From: Klebsiella phage Sugarland
Sequence record: NC_042093.1
Direction: 5' to 3' (one strand)
Length of the DNA: 64,000 nt
The position numbers and the translations under genes are program-made. The notes under the pieces were generated by a model. It worked only from the letters and a program-made list of their open reading frames with translations. It was not told the origin of the DNA and ran no database searches. Position 1 is the stretch's first letter. Each line of letters begins with the position of its first letter. This document shows, piece by piece, positions 56,845 to 64,000 of the stretch.

Positions 56845-58052
56845 TGTTTTTCCTCGTCTTTATTGGGAGCGCCACCTTCTTGTCCACTTACTCCAGTAGC
56901 TGATCCAGCTACGTTGGCAGGGATGCGAATTTTCTTCATCTGCTCGTCAGCCAGTTCCTCATAACCAAGTTCTATACGACCTTCGTTACCAGTAAGGATA
57001 CCGTTGTTGACCAGTGCAGTTACGAATTTAGCCTCTTTCTCCTTGTCAGGAGTTAGTGCTATTACGTCTTTAGTATTGGGCGTTACTTTAAAACCGAAGA
57101 AGAACGTAAGCGAACTACATACTTTATTGAGCATAGGCACAATGGTCATGTAGTAGAACAGCTCAATGTTCGGTCGAATATTGGCATTGTTACCCCCATC
57201 GATCAGTAGCTGTGGGACCCCAAGAGCGATACATACGTCTTTATTAAACCGAGCAATATCGTTCTCAAAATCGAGATCTTTAAAGGAAGAGATCTGAGAG
57301 TACGGCTTAGCCTTCATCCCTCCGTCTAAAATGAGCACAGTTGATTGGCCGGTACTAGGGTTATAGTCCAGCTGAAGCTCTTCTTGTTTACGTTCACGGA
57401 GCTTTTTATTTAGGATTTCATCTGTTTCTAGGATAAGACCGATAACCGTACCATTGTCCAGGAATTTCTCCTTGAACTCAAGCATTTTCTCACGCTTAGT
57501 AAGCGAGTTAATCACGGTAGCTACGCGAGACTGGCCTGTGATCTGGGAGTTAATACCACCATTCTGGCCATTATCTTTGATGAAAATAATTTCATCAACG
57601 CGATAGTCGATCATATTATTAAAGACGAATTTGTTAACGAATTTTTTGTCATCTGCTTTCACTTCCATTAGGGCAGCAGGCAGATGGTACAGAGACGAAC
57701 CGTCCCAATGGATATACGCACACCCTTCGAATAGAAGGTCAGACACTATTAGGCGTCTAAAAGTACTGGAGTCCATGTACGGGTTAGGGCGAACATTAAG
57801 CAGCGTCTCAAGAGTTTTACTCCTGATCGTGCCATAGGTTGTTATTGTTTTATACTGTTCACCTACGGTGTAGGAGCACTCAGCGGCGCTGTCAATTACC
57901 ATGTTCGCGGATCTATTAAGGATCTCAATAGACGAATAGGCTTTGCCAGTCGTGAATGGTTTGACGTTAGTACGGTGACTAACATCCTCCAAGTCCCTGA
58001 TTATGCGTTGTCCGCGGTTTAGTTTAGTAACTAACCAGTCACGAATAGCCAT
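56841..58052 (-). CDS. portal protein
   Basis: 403 aa (T5 pb7 403 aa). Position between terminase and protease. Confidence 0.75.
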   Translation of the reverse strand: MAIRDWLVTKLNRGQRIIRDLEDVSHRTNVKPFTTGKAYSSIEILNRSANMVIDSAAECSYTVGEQYKTITTYGTIRSKTLETLLNVRPNPYMDSSTFRRLIVSDLLFEGCAYIHWDGSSLYHLPAALMEVKADDKKFVNKFVFNNMIDYRVDEIIFIKDNGQNGGINSQITGQSRVATVINSLTKREKMLEFKEKFLDNGTVIGLILETDEILNKKLRERKQEELQLDYNPSTGQSTVLILDGGMKAKPYSQISSFKDLDFENDIARFNKDVCIALGVPQLLIDGGNNANIRPNIELFYYMTIVPMLNKVCSSLTFFFGFKVTPNTKDVIALTPDKEKEAKFVTALVNNGILTGNEGRIELGYEELADEQMKKIRIPANVAGSATGVSGQEGGAPNKDEEKQ

Positions 58053-58534
58053 TATAGGAACCTTGCGAATCCTGATTTCTCAGTCTTGACGTCAGTCGGA
58101 AGCCACTTCGCAAAGCCTGATCTTTCGCCAGTATTGCTTGTACGAGGTGCCTCTGGATTCATACATCTTTCACGTTGTTTCTCAACCCAAATCTTCTGTT
58201 TGTTAGCTGAAAACAACGGAGGTTCTTTCGTATAGACCTTGTGTAAGGTCTGATGATGAAAGACACATAAAGAAACAGTATCTTCTACTAGCTCATGCCA
58301 ATAATGTTGGTAGAACTTGTCCCGATTACTAAGGACGACTTCTGAGTCAGTGAAATCCAGTTGGAATTCTTTAGCAAAGTTTTTTACTAGTAGAGATACT
58401 GTATGATAGTGATGAAGTTCAATGTTCTCAGCACTACCACATATTGCACAGGATGGTGCTCTTTTATACTTGGCCTTAATCCCATCCCGCATTATAGAGA
58501 TTGCGTCTCTTTTATACTTTACGTTAGCAGCCAC
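58052..58534 (-). CDS. HNH endonuclease
   Basis: 160 aa. CAICGS...ELHHYH...CVFHH bba-Me motif. Confidence 0.7.
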   Translation of the reverse strand: MAANVKYKRDAISIMRDGIKAKYKRAPSCAICGSAENIELHHYHTVSLLVKNFAKEFQLDFTDSEVVLSNRDKFYQHYWHELVEDTVSLCVFHHQTLHKVYTKEPPLFSANKQKIWVEKQRERCMNPEAPRTSNTGERSGFAKWLPTDVKTEKSGFARFL

Positions 58535-59222
58535 TGCTCTCCTCCGCTCCGAATTCTTCTATTAAAAAGTCTCTAGCAAGCTCTGGGGTTATATTGAAGA
58601 ACTCAGTACTACCGCAGAAACCAGAGTACGAACAGCGTAGATCGTAGAATCTTCTGTGAGATTCTTTCTCAAGATCTAGAGCTGTGGACCTGTCAAAGAA
58701 GAATACATATCTCAGGGCTAGGTCTTCGAACCCTGATGCACGTTTTACCTCTTGGAGGCGTTTCTTAGGAGATACGCTAACGCCTATCTTGGTGCCGGCG
58801 GTAGATCCCATAATATATAGGTATCCCCCGGCACCCCATGTATTTGCGCAGTCAGGACAACCTTTTCCGGCTTTGATATTATCTAGCCTAGATGACCACT
58901 CATGTCCTGAACTACAACGTATACGTATCGGCTCTTTGGCAGATTTATATACGCTAATAAGAGTTAAATCTAACTGAGATAAGTAATCTGCAACCTCTTG
59001 TTGGGTTAGCTTCTGATTACCACTACATTTCCCACATCCCTTACCCCCATGCATGATGGAGTGAGGAGTAGCTTCCCAGGTATGCCCGGAAAGACATGAA
59101 AATGCAGTTTTTGTTCGCTGGTTAGTATACTCGCCGATGATCTTTATGCCCCGGTCTGCCAGTCTTGTGTTAATTTCTTCAGTAGTTAGTTTAGCTCTAG
59201 CCATATTAAATATTCCTCTCAT
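58524..59222 (-). CDS. T5orf172/GIY-YIG-like domain protein with two N-terminal Zn-ribbon repeats
   Basis: 232 aa. Two CxxGHxW...GKGCxxC repeats, then GYLYIMGSTAGTKIGVS...R motif typical of T5orf172 (MUG113) domains. Confidence 0.55.
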   Translation of the reverse strand: MRGIFNMARAKLTTEEINTRLADRGIKIIGEYTNQRTKTAFSCLSGHTWEATPHSIMHGGKGCGKCSGNQKLTQQEVADYLSQLDLTLISVYKSAKEPIRIRCSSGHEWSSRLDNIKAGKGCPDCANTWGAGGYLYIMGSTAGTKIGVSVSPKKRLQEVKRASGFEDLALRYVFFFDRSTALDLEKESHRRFYDLRCSYSGFCGSTEFFNITPELARDFLIEEFGAEESSGC

Positions 59223-59261
59223 TCACCCTGATGTCTATGAGATCTCTCAAGGTATGAATAT

Positions 59262-59290
59262 ATTATAACTGCCACACACGAAATTGTAAA
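59262..59290 (-). promoter_or_regulatory. minus-strand promoter upstream of T5orf172-like gene
   Basis: On the minus strand: TTTACA, 17-nt spacer, TATAAT. Confidence 0.45.
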
Positions 59291-59303
59291 GTGAATTTTA
59301 TAA

Positions 59304-59343
59304 AGTTGGAACGGAATTTGTACTCACTACTATCCGTTCCAAC
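59304..59343 (-). terminator. stem-loop/terminator after terminase large subunit gene
   Basis: 11-bp stem GTTGGAACGGA...TCCGTTCCAAC with 17-nt loop, followed by UUUAUAAAAUU on the minus strand. Confidence 0.45.
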
Positions 59344-59350
59344 TCAGCTC

Positions 59351-60667
59351 TTATTTGCCACGGGAAATCGAGTAGATGCCGTAACGCAGTGCGTCACATA
59401 AGTGAGAGTTGGCATCATGACGAGGTTTCTCTCTGGAGAGCTTCTCCTCCCCTTCCTGGAAGTCCCACTTGTAGTTCTGGAGTGCATGAATTAACGCAGT
59501 ACACGAGGCGTCGACAATGATCTTACCCTGCTGGAATAGAGCAGCTAGGCATGCTAGACCATCTAGAACAGATTTCTTGGCTGGGGCAGAAGATATCTCG
59601 TGCTCGTATGCCAAGTCCTGTCGGAACTGTGCGGCTGCAGAGTCAACAAAGATACGGTCTACATTATACCGGTCTATACAGTGTTGTATGTACATGGCAT
59701 GCTGTGCTGTAGTCTTCTCTGCCTGCTGGTATTCCTCAAGGATATAGTACACATCTTGGTCATAGTGGTACTTAATGGTAAGGACTGCTGTCGGGTCTCT
59801 GTAACCAACGTCGATACCTAAAATAGTCTCGAACTCGTGGTCTGCTGCAAAGAAATGGCCCATACCTGCGAGATCCTGTACATGCTCAGAAACGCTAAAG
59901 GTATCGTAGATCTGACCTTCGAATACGGAGAAGTCCGCCTCATATTCCTGTTTGAAATAGTTCTTAGATACAGTCTTACGTGCTTCTTCGATATCTGCAA
60001 GAGATACGCGGGGGTTATCTCGGTATGTACCATGGATTGATACCCATTGCGGAAGATCCTCTCTGAATCCCTGTTCATAGAAGCGCTTGAACCAGTTACC
60101 GCCACGAGGAGTAGAGATAAACAGAGCTTTAGAGTTAGGTTTGTCTAGTGTAGGACGGAGCTGAATATCAAAAGCGTCCCCACCAACGTCGGAGATCGCT
60201 GCTTCGTCAAAGATAATAAAGTCGTATGAACGACCAACCGCGGAGTCAGCCTGTGCAGCAGAAGCCAACTTAAAGAGCGAACCGTTAGCAAGCTCAATCT
60301 CTTTATCTTTGGCGTTCTCACGCTCAGTTTGAAGCCCGTATTTCTTAATCAGACCTTTGATCTGCGCCCATCCGATGTTTGCCAGGGAGTAGTTCGGAGC
60401 TACTACGAGCACCTTAACGTTCGGCTCTAGGAGTTTAAGGAAGCCTAGAGTATACGCAATGAACGACTTGCCAACACGACGTGATACGCATGCTGTAACG
60501 AAACGGTGACGTGGGTCTTCCAGTGCGTTTATGATTGCGCACTGCGGGCCATTTGGAACGATCCCCTCGGTGGCCAGCAAGCCGGACACCGGGAATTTAA
60601 AGAATCGTTTATCAACACCAAAATCCACCACGTCAGTCGTATTAATATAACTACGTGAGATTTCCAT
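59351..60667 (-). CDS. terminase large subunit
   Basis: 438 aa (T5 terminase 438 aa). Walker A VSRRVGKS. C-terminal RNaseH-like nuclease region. Confidence 0.85.
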   Translation of the reverse strand: MEISRSYINTTDVVDFGVDKRFFKFPVSGLLATEGIVPNGPQCAIINALEDPRHRFVTACVSRRVGKSFIAYTLGFLKLLEPNVKVLVVAPNYSLANIGWAQIKGLIKKYGLQTERENAKDKEIELANGSLFKLASAAQADSAVGRSYDFIIFDEAAISDVGGDAFDIQLRPTLDKPNSKALFISTPRGGNWFKRFYEQGFREDLPQWVSIHGTYRDNPRVSLADIEEARKTVSKNYFKQEYEADFSVFEGQIYDTFSVSEHVQDLAGMGHFFAADHEFETILGIDVGYRDPTAVLTIKYHYDQDVYYILEEYQQAEKTTAQHAMYIQHCIDRYNVDRIFVDSAAAQFRQDLAYEHEISSAPAKKSVLDGLACLAALFQQGKIIVDASCTALIHALQNYKWDFQEGEEKLSREKPRHDANSHLCDALRYGIYSISRGK

Positions 60668-61140
60668 TATTTACCTGCCCCCACAATGCGTGACAGGAGA
60701 TCCGTGTAGTTAGAGTCGTGACCACCTGCCAAGTTGATCTGAGTATTAGTCTGGTGTACAGGAGCTTTAGCCTGCTTCACCTTCTCATACTCGATCTGCA
60801 TCTTCATCTCATCCATCTTCATTTTGTGCATGAGTTTGAGGATATCCATAATATCCATCTCTGAACCCATTCCAGTTTCATCTAGTTCCTCCATTTTCAT
60901 AGTTAGAACAGTGTCTAGAATGCCAAAGAATTTATCACGGTTACGGAAGCCAGATTCCATGAAGATATCCGTAAGGTACGCTTTGACCTCAGGTTTACGC
61001 ATAATCTCCCGGAATTTAGGTTCCTCCATTCCAACAGCTAACGCTGCTTTCGCAACGTCGCTGCCAGACTCCAAGTAGGCCTCTATAACTAGCATGCCTT
61101 CCGGAGACATTGCATCTGGTACAATTAAATCATTGCTCAT
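60667..61140 (-). CDS. terminase small subunit candidate
   Basis: About 157 aa from ATG 61140 with GGAGG RBS. ATGA-coupled to terminase large subunit. Confidence 0.4.
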   Translation of the reverse strand: MSNDLIVPDAMSPEGMLVIEAYLESGSDVAKAALAVGMEEPKFREIMRKPEVKAYLTDIFMESGFRNRDKFFGILDTVLTMKMEELDETGMGSEMDIMDILKLMHKMKMDEMKMQIEYEKVKQAKAPVHQTNTQINLAGGHDSNYTDLLSRIVGAGK

Positions 61141-61150
61141 ATTGCCTCCT

Positions 61151-63127
61151 TTAGGCAAGCCTTTGCACAGCAATCCTAACATCAGGAAGAATCACTCGCA
61201 TGTTCATAATATTAGACATTTCAGTGTTAACCCATACCTCAACACTGCCATCAGCTCTGGCAACCAACCAGTATGTAATAGCATAGTCGCCTTGAGTAGC
61301 AGAGTTAGTAGTAGCAGGCGCCCACATGGCCTTCATTTGCATGGCGTTGTTCCCAGGAATAACCCCACATTGGACTACCGTACCACGAATAAAGTGAAAG
61401 GGCACACACATGTTAACAGGTAAACACATGATTTGATGCACACGTTTCTGGAAGTGATTTCCGAAAATTCTCAGCCTACTATCTACCTCGCTCCACTGGG
61501 TAAGATCTTCTAGAGGGTTATAACATCCAATCCCTGCAGCAGCGATCCACTCATCGTTTTTCCAGTCTAGAGTGACGACGCAAGCTCCATTTCTAGAGTT
61601 ATTAATCCCTAACCATAAGGTAGCTAGATGATGGCTGGCGTTACCGCTGGTACGTAGGTTTCCCCCAATATCGGCGAAGCCGGTACCACCTACTAGGCGA
61701 AGAGGTCGAGTTGCCTCAGACCATACTGGACCCCATTGATTTCCAATCTCCGGTGGATTGGATTTAACGTACCACTGCGCATCAGACCTAAAGTTATATA
61801 CCCCAACTGTGGTTACGTGCATAGCACTAACGTTACCCTGCCCGAATTCGGCACTATTATCCGGTCGAGTCAGAGGCTGGTTGAATTGGGTGTACCCATT
61901 ATTACCAATAGTAGCATCCCCATTAAATCTAGCAACATTGGTTGCAATAACCCTTATGTCCGGTCTATTACCTGGGCTGTAGTTTATGTCATTCTGGTTT
62001 ATGAACTTCCATCCAGTGTTCATTAGGTTTATACCGTTTACAATAAACTCTCGAGGGCTGATTTTAATCTCTTGGTTGCGAGAGCCAAATACGTCCTCTG
62101 CATAGAACCCCTGCCCATTGTACTTCATATTAGTAATATACCAGCGAACACGCTTAGGGACTCTCCAGTTGTTATCCCTATAAATAGCGTTGTTACCCCA
62201 ACCACTACCAGCATTATTATTATCAGTGTTCTCCCACCCCATAAAGTTATTGGGCGGACCACGGAAAAAACCTGCTTTGTACTGAGTCTCCTGATAAGAC
62301 TCAGTTTGGATATTGTGAGAGTAAGGCCCACCGACCGGATTGGAACTCTGCCCATATCTAGGGCCCATGTGTCCGTATATGTTACGATTGAGGGTCTCCC
62401 CGCGTAAACATATACTGTTAACCCCAGTAGTACGCATCCAAGGATGACGCATTGCATCTGCACCAATAGTAAGTGGTCTATTGGGCGGAGACACAGAACC
62501 GGCTATATTGCCACTAAAAGCCCCCCTATAGAGCACCCATCCAGCTTTAATAATAGTCTCAAAGTTTGGTCGTATAGGAGCTCCAACCGGCGGCCCAGGA
62601 CCCCTGTCACCCCACTCGGAGTTTACTCCCCAAGTGTACATACACCCAGTACCATCACGCAACTTCTCATTAATAGTACCTGGAGTTTCCTCAAAATAGA
62701 AACTAACATCCATATGCAGATCAGCAGAAGCACAAACGTTAGTCTTCATACTAGCCATAGTACCTGCAGAAGCCTGGGAACCGACAGTATTACTAAAGTA
62801 AGCGTTATACGCCTTGGCGCCTACACCCAGGGATGTACCGTAAATGAAACGTCTAGTACCATCCTCAAACTCAACCTCAGTTAAGACAACCCTGTCGTAG
62901 TCTGCGGACAGTACCTGAATAATCCTGTCTGGCATTCTAGTACAACGATACCAATCACCACCATCCCAGAGGTCTCTTTCGTGAGTTTCTAAAACTACAA
63001 CGTGAGGCATATCACTATGGAATATAGTATCCCAACCTGGATTTGTATGGTTATTGACGTCTTTATTGTTGCCAGAGGTGAGAGACAATACTTTCTTGTC
63101 GCCTATCCTTCCTGCATAAAACCCCAT
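61151..63127 (-). CDS. receptor-binding tail protein candidate (pb5/Oad-like)
   Basis: 658 aa (T5 pb5 640 aa). Last late gene before the divergent promoter, where oad sits in T5. Beta-rich, Gly/Asn/Trp-rich composition. Confidence 0.5.
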   Translation of the reverse strand: MGFYAGRIGDKKVLSLTSGNNKDVNNHTNPGWDTIFHSDMPHVVVLETHERDLWDGGDWYRCTRMPDRIIQVLSADYDRVVLTEVEFEDGTRRFIYGTSLGVGAKAYNAYFSNTVGSQASAGTMASMKTNVCASADLHMDVSFYFEETPGTINEKLRDGTGCMYTWGVNSEWGDRGPGPPVGAPIRPNFETIIKAGWVLYRGAFSGNIAGSVSPPNRPLTIGADAMRHPWMRTTGVNSICLRGETLNRNIYGHMGPRYGQSSNPVGGPYSHNIQTESYQETQYKAGFFRGPPNNFMGWENTDNNNAGSGWGNNAIYRDNNWRVPKRVRWYITNMKYNGQGFYAEDVFGSRNQEIKISPREFIVNGINLMNTGWKFINQNDINYSPGNRPDIRVIATNVARFNGDATIGNNGYTQFNQPLTRPDNSAEFGQGNVSAMHVTTVGVYNFRSDAQWYVKSNPPEIGNQWGPVWSEATRPLRLVGGTGFADIGGNLRTSGNASHHLATLWLGINNSRNGACVVTLDWKNDEWIAAAGIGCYNPLEDLTQWSEVDSRLRIFGNHFQKRVHQIMCLPVNMCVPFHFIRGTVVQCGVIPGNNAMQMKAMWAPATTNSATQGDYAITYWLVARADGSVEVWVNTEMSNIMNMRVILPDVRIAVQRLA

Positions 63128-63143
63128 AAAAACCTCAAAATCT

Positions 63144-63172
63144 CACTTGCTAACAAGTGACTTTTATAATAT
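63144..63172 (+). promoter_or_regulatory. promoter (TTGCTA, 17-nt spacer, TATAAT) with perfect palindrome CACTTG-CTAA-CAAGTG across the -35
   Basis: Read directly. Palindrome at 63141-63156. Confidence 0.5.
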
Positions 63173-63240
63173 AATATTATTATAAATTAAATCAACCGCC
63201 AAGTAAACCAGATTTTTTAAAACCATCTAGGAGGACCACT

Positions 63241-63465
63241 ATGGAAGTAGTTATAGGAGCACTTGTTTTACTCTCAATCGTACTATTTGTCATTACCGTA
63301 AAGCAAGGTAAGGCAATCAAACAGCTAGAACGCACTAACGGGGTGTTGCAAAAGTCTTATGACAACCAAACCCGTTTGCTGCATAAGGCGCAGTTAAACC
63401 TGTCTGAATGCAAGGCAGAACTAGAATCAGCAAACAAAATCTACATTACTAAGGGTATGGTGTAA
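63241..63465 (+). CDS. small single-pass membrane protein (N-terminal TM, C-terminal coiled coil)
   Basis: 74 aa. AGGAGG RBS. Hydrophobic VVIGALVLLSIVLFVITV. No lipobox. Confidence 0.45.
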   Translation: MEVVIGALVLLSIVLFVITVKQGKAIKQLERTNGVLQKSYDNQTRLLHKAQLNLSECKAELESANKIYITKGMV

Positions 63466-63468
63466 AAC

Positions 63469-63930
63469 ATGACTATTGTATTAATTTTCACAACATTCTT
63501 TTTCCTGGCAGCAGTTTGGTTCGGTGTGCGGGCACATGACCTGCGGAACGCGGTAGTAGCGGCAGATCTTCGTAACAAAAGCCTACATCAAGAGATCCTC
63601 CAAACTCGGGCGGAACGTCAAGTAGCGATCTCGAAACACCAACGAGTCATGAACGATCTTCGGAATGACCCGAGCAACCCGTACTACATCCCTCCAGTGA
63701 CACCGCAGGTAGCGAGACGCAAACAGAATCGGGCAGGTTCGGAGGATTCTCGGAAAGTTTCGGGAAGTCCTTCATCGAACTCGGGAAGAACTCGTGGAGA
63801 TGACGGGTCGACAGCAGCAATCATAGCTACAACCGCGGCAGTTGCTACGTATAGTGGGTATGACTCGGGAAGTTCTTACTGCGACAGCGGCAGTAGCAGT
63901 AGTAGCTTTGATTCGGGATGTTCTTTCTAA
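63469..63930 (+). CDS. membrane-anchored protein with Pro-rich segment and Ser/Gly/Cys-rich C-terminal tail
   Basis: 153 aa. N-terminal TM. CGG/TCGGGA-rich codon usage unlike the rest of the window. Confidence 0.4.
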   Translation: MTIVLIFTTFFFLAAVWFGVRAHDLRNAVVAADLRNKSLHQEILQTRAERQVAISKHQRVMNDLRNDPSNPYYIPPVTPQVARRKQNRAGSEDSRKVSGSPSSNSGRTRGDDGSTAAIIATTAAVATYSGYDSGSSYCDSGSSSSSFDSGCSF

Positions 63931-64000
63931 TGGCCTAAGTTTGCCTAAGTACTCCCTTTAGCCTTTTCTCCAAATTTCATAAAGTTTTACGTGAGGGTGG

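Overview
This window looks like a contiguous piece of a T5-like virulent siphovirus genome (Demerecviridae, Tequintavirus-like), with no bacterial chromosomal genes. (1) The leftward module at 83-6996 (minus strand) handles nucleotide metabolism: thymidylate synthase, DHFR, class Ia RNR beta and alpha subunits split by a free-standing AP2-HNH homing endonuclease gene, and PhoH. (2) The rightward early module at 7306-33631 (plus strand) covers DNA metabolism and replication. It holds anaerobic RNR NrdD, a Zn-less Sir2-like protein inside a tightly coupled 5-gene operon, a UL9-like origin-binding SF2 helicase, a PC4-like protein, and a second AP2-HNH endonuclease. It also holds an NAD-dependent DNA ligase split into two separately translated halves, a ~250-aa repeat-domain DNA-binding candidate (D5-like), a DnaB-like helicase, a DnaG-like primase, family A DNA polymerase, D10-like helicase, an SSB-like acidic-tail protein, SbcD/SbcC (Mre11/Rad50), an Hjc-like resolvase, flap endonuclease and dUTPase. 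Many strong sigma70-type promoters (extended -10, TTGCTx -35) and textbook rho-independent terminators punctuate this module. (3) The leftward late module at 33853-63127 (minus strand) encodes the virion. It runs from a 1598-aa L-shaped tail fibre with a C-terminal autoproteolytic chaperone domain and a long internal array of near-identical 21-bp tandem repeats. It continues through the collar, pb4-like, pb3-like hub, distal tail protein, a 1489-aa tape measure, overlapping tail chaperones, tail tube, head-tail connectors, and a Delta-domain major capsid protein. It ends with the prohead protease, an Ig-like decoration protein, the portal, an HNH and a T5orf172/GIY-YIG-like endonuclease, terminase small and large subunits, and a pb5-like receptor-binding protein. 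(4) At the right edge (63241-63930, plus strand), where T5 carries the llp exclusion lipoprotein, sit two small membrane proteins with atypical codon usage and no lipobox. All functional calls come from motifs read by eye; nothing was searched against a database.
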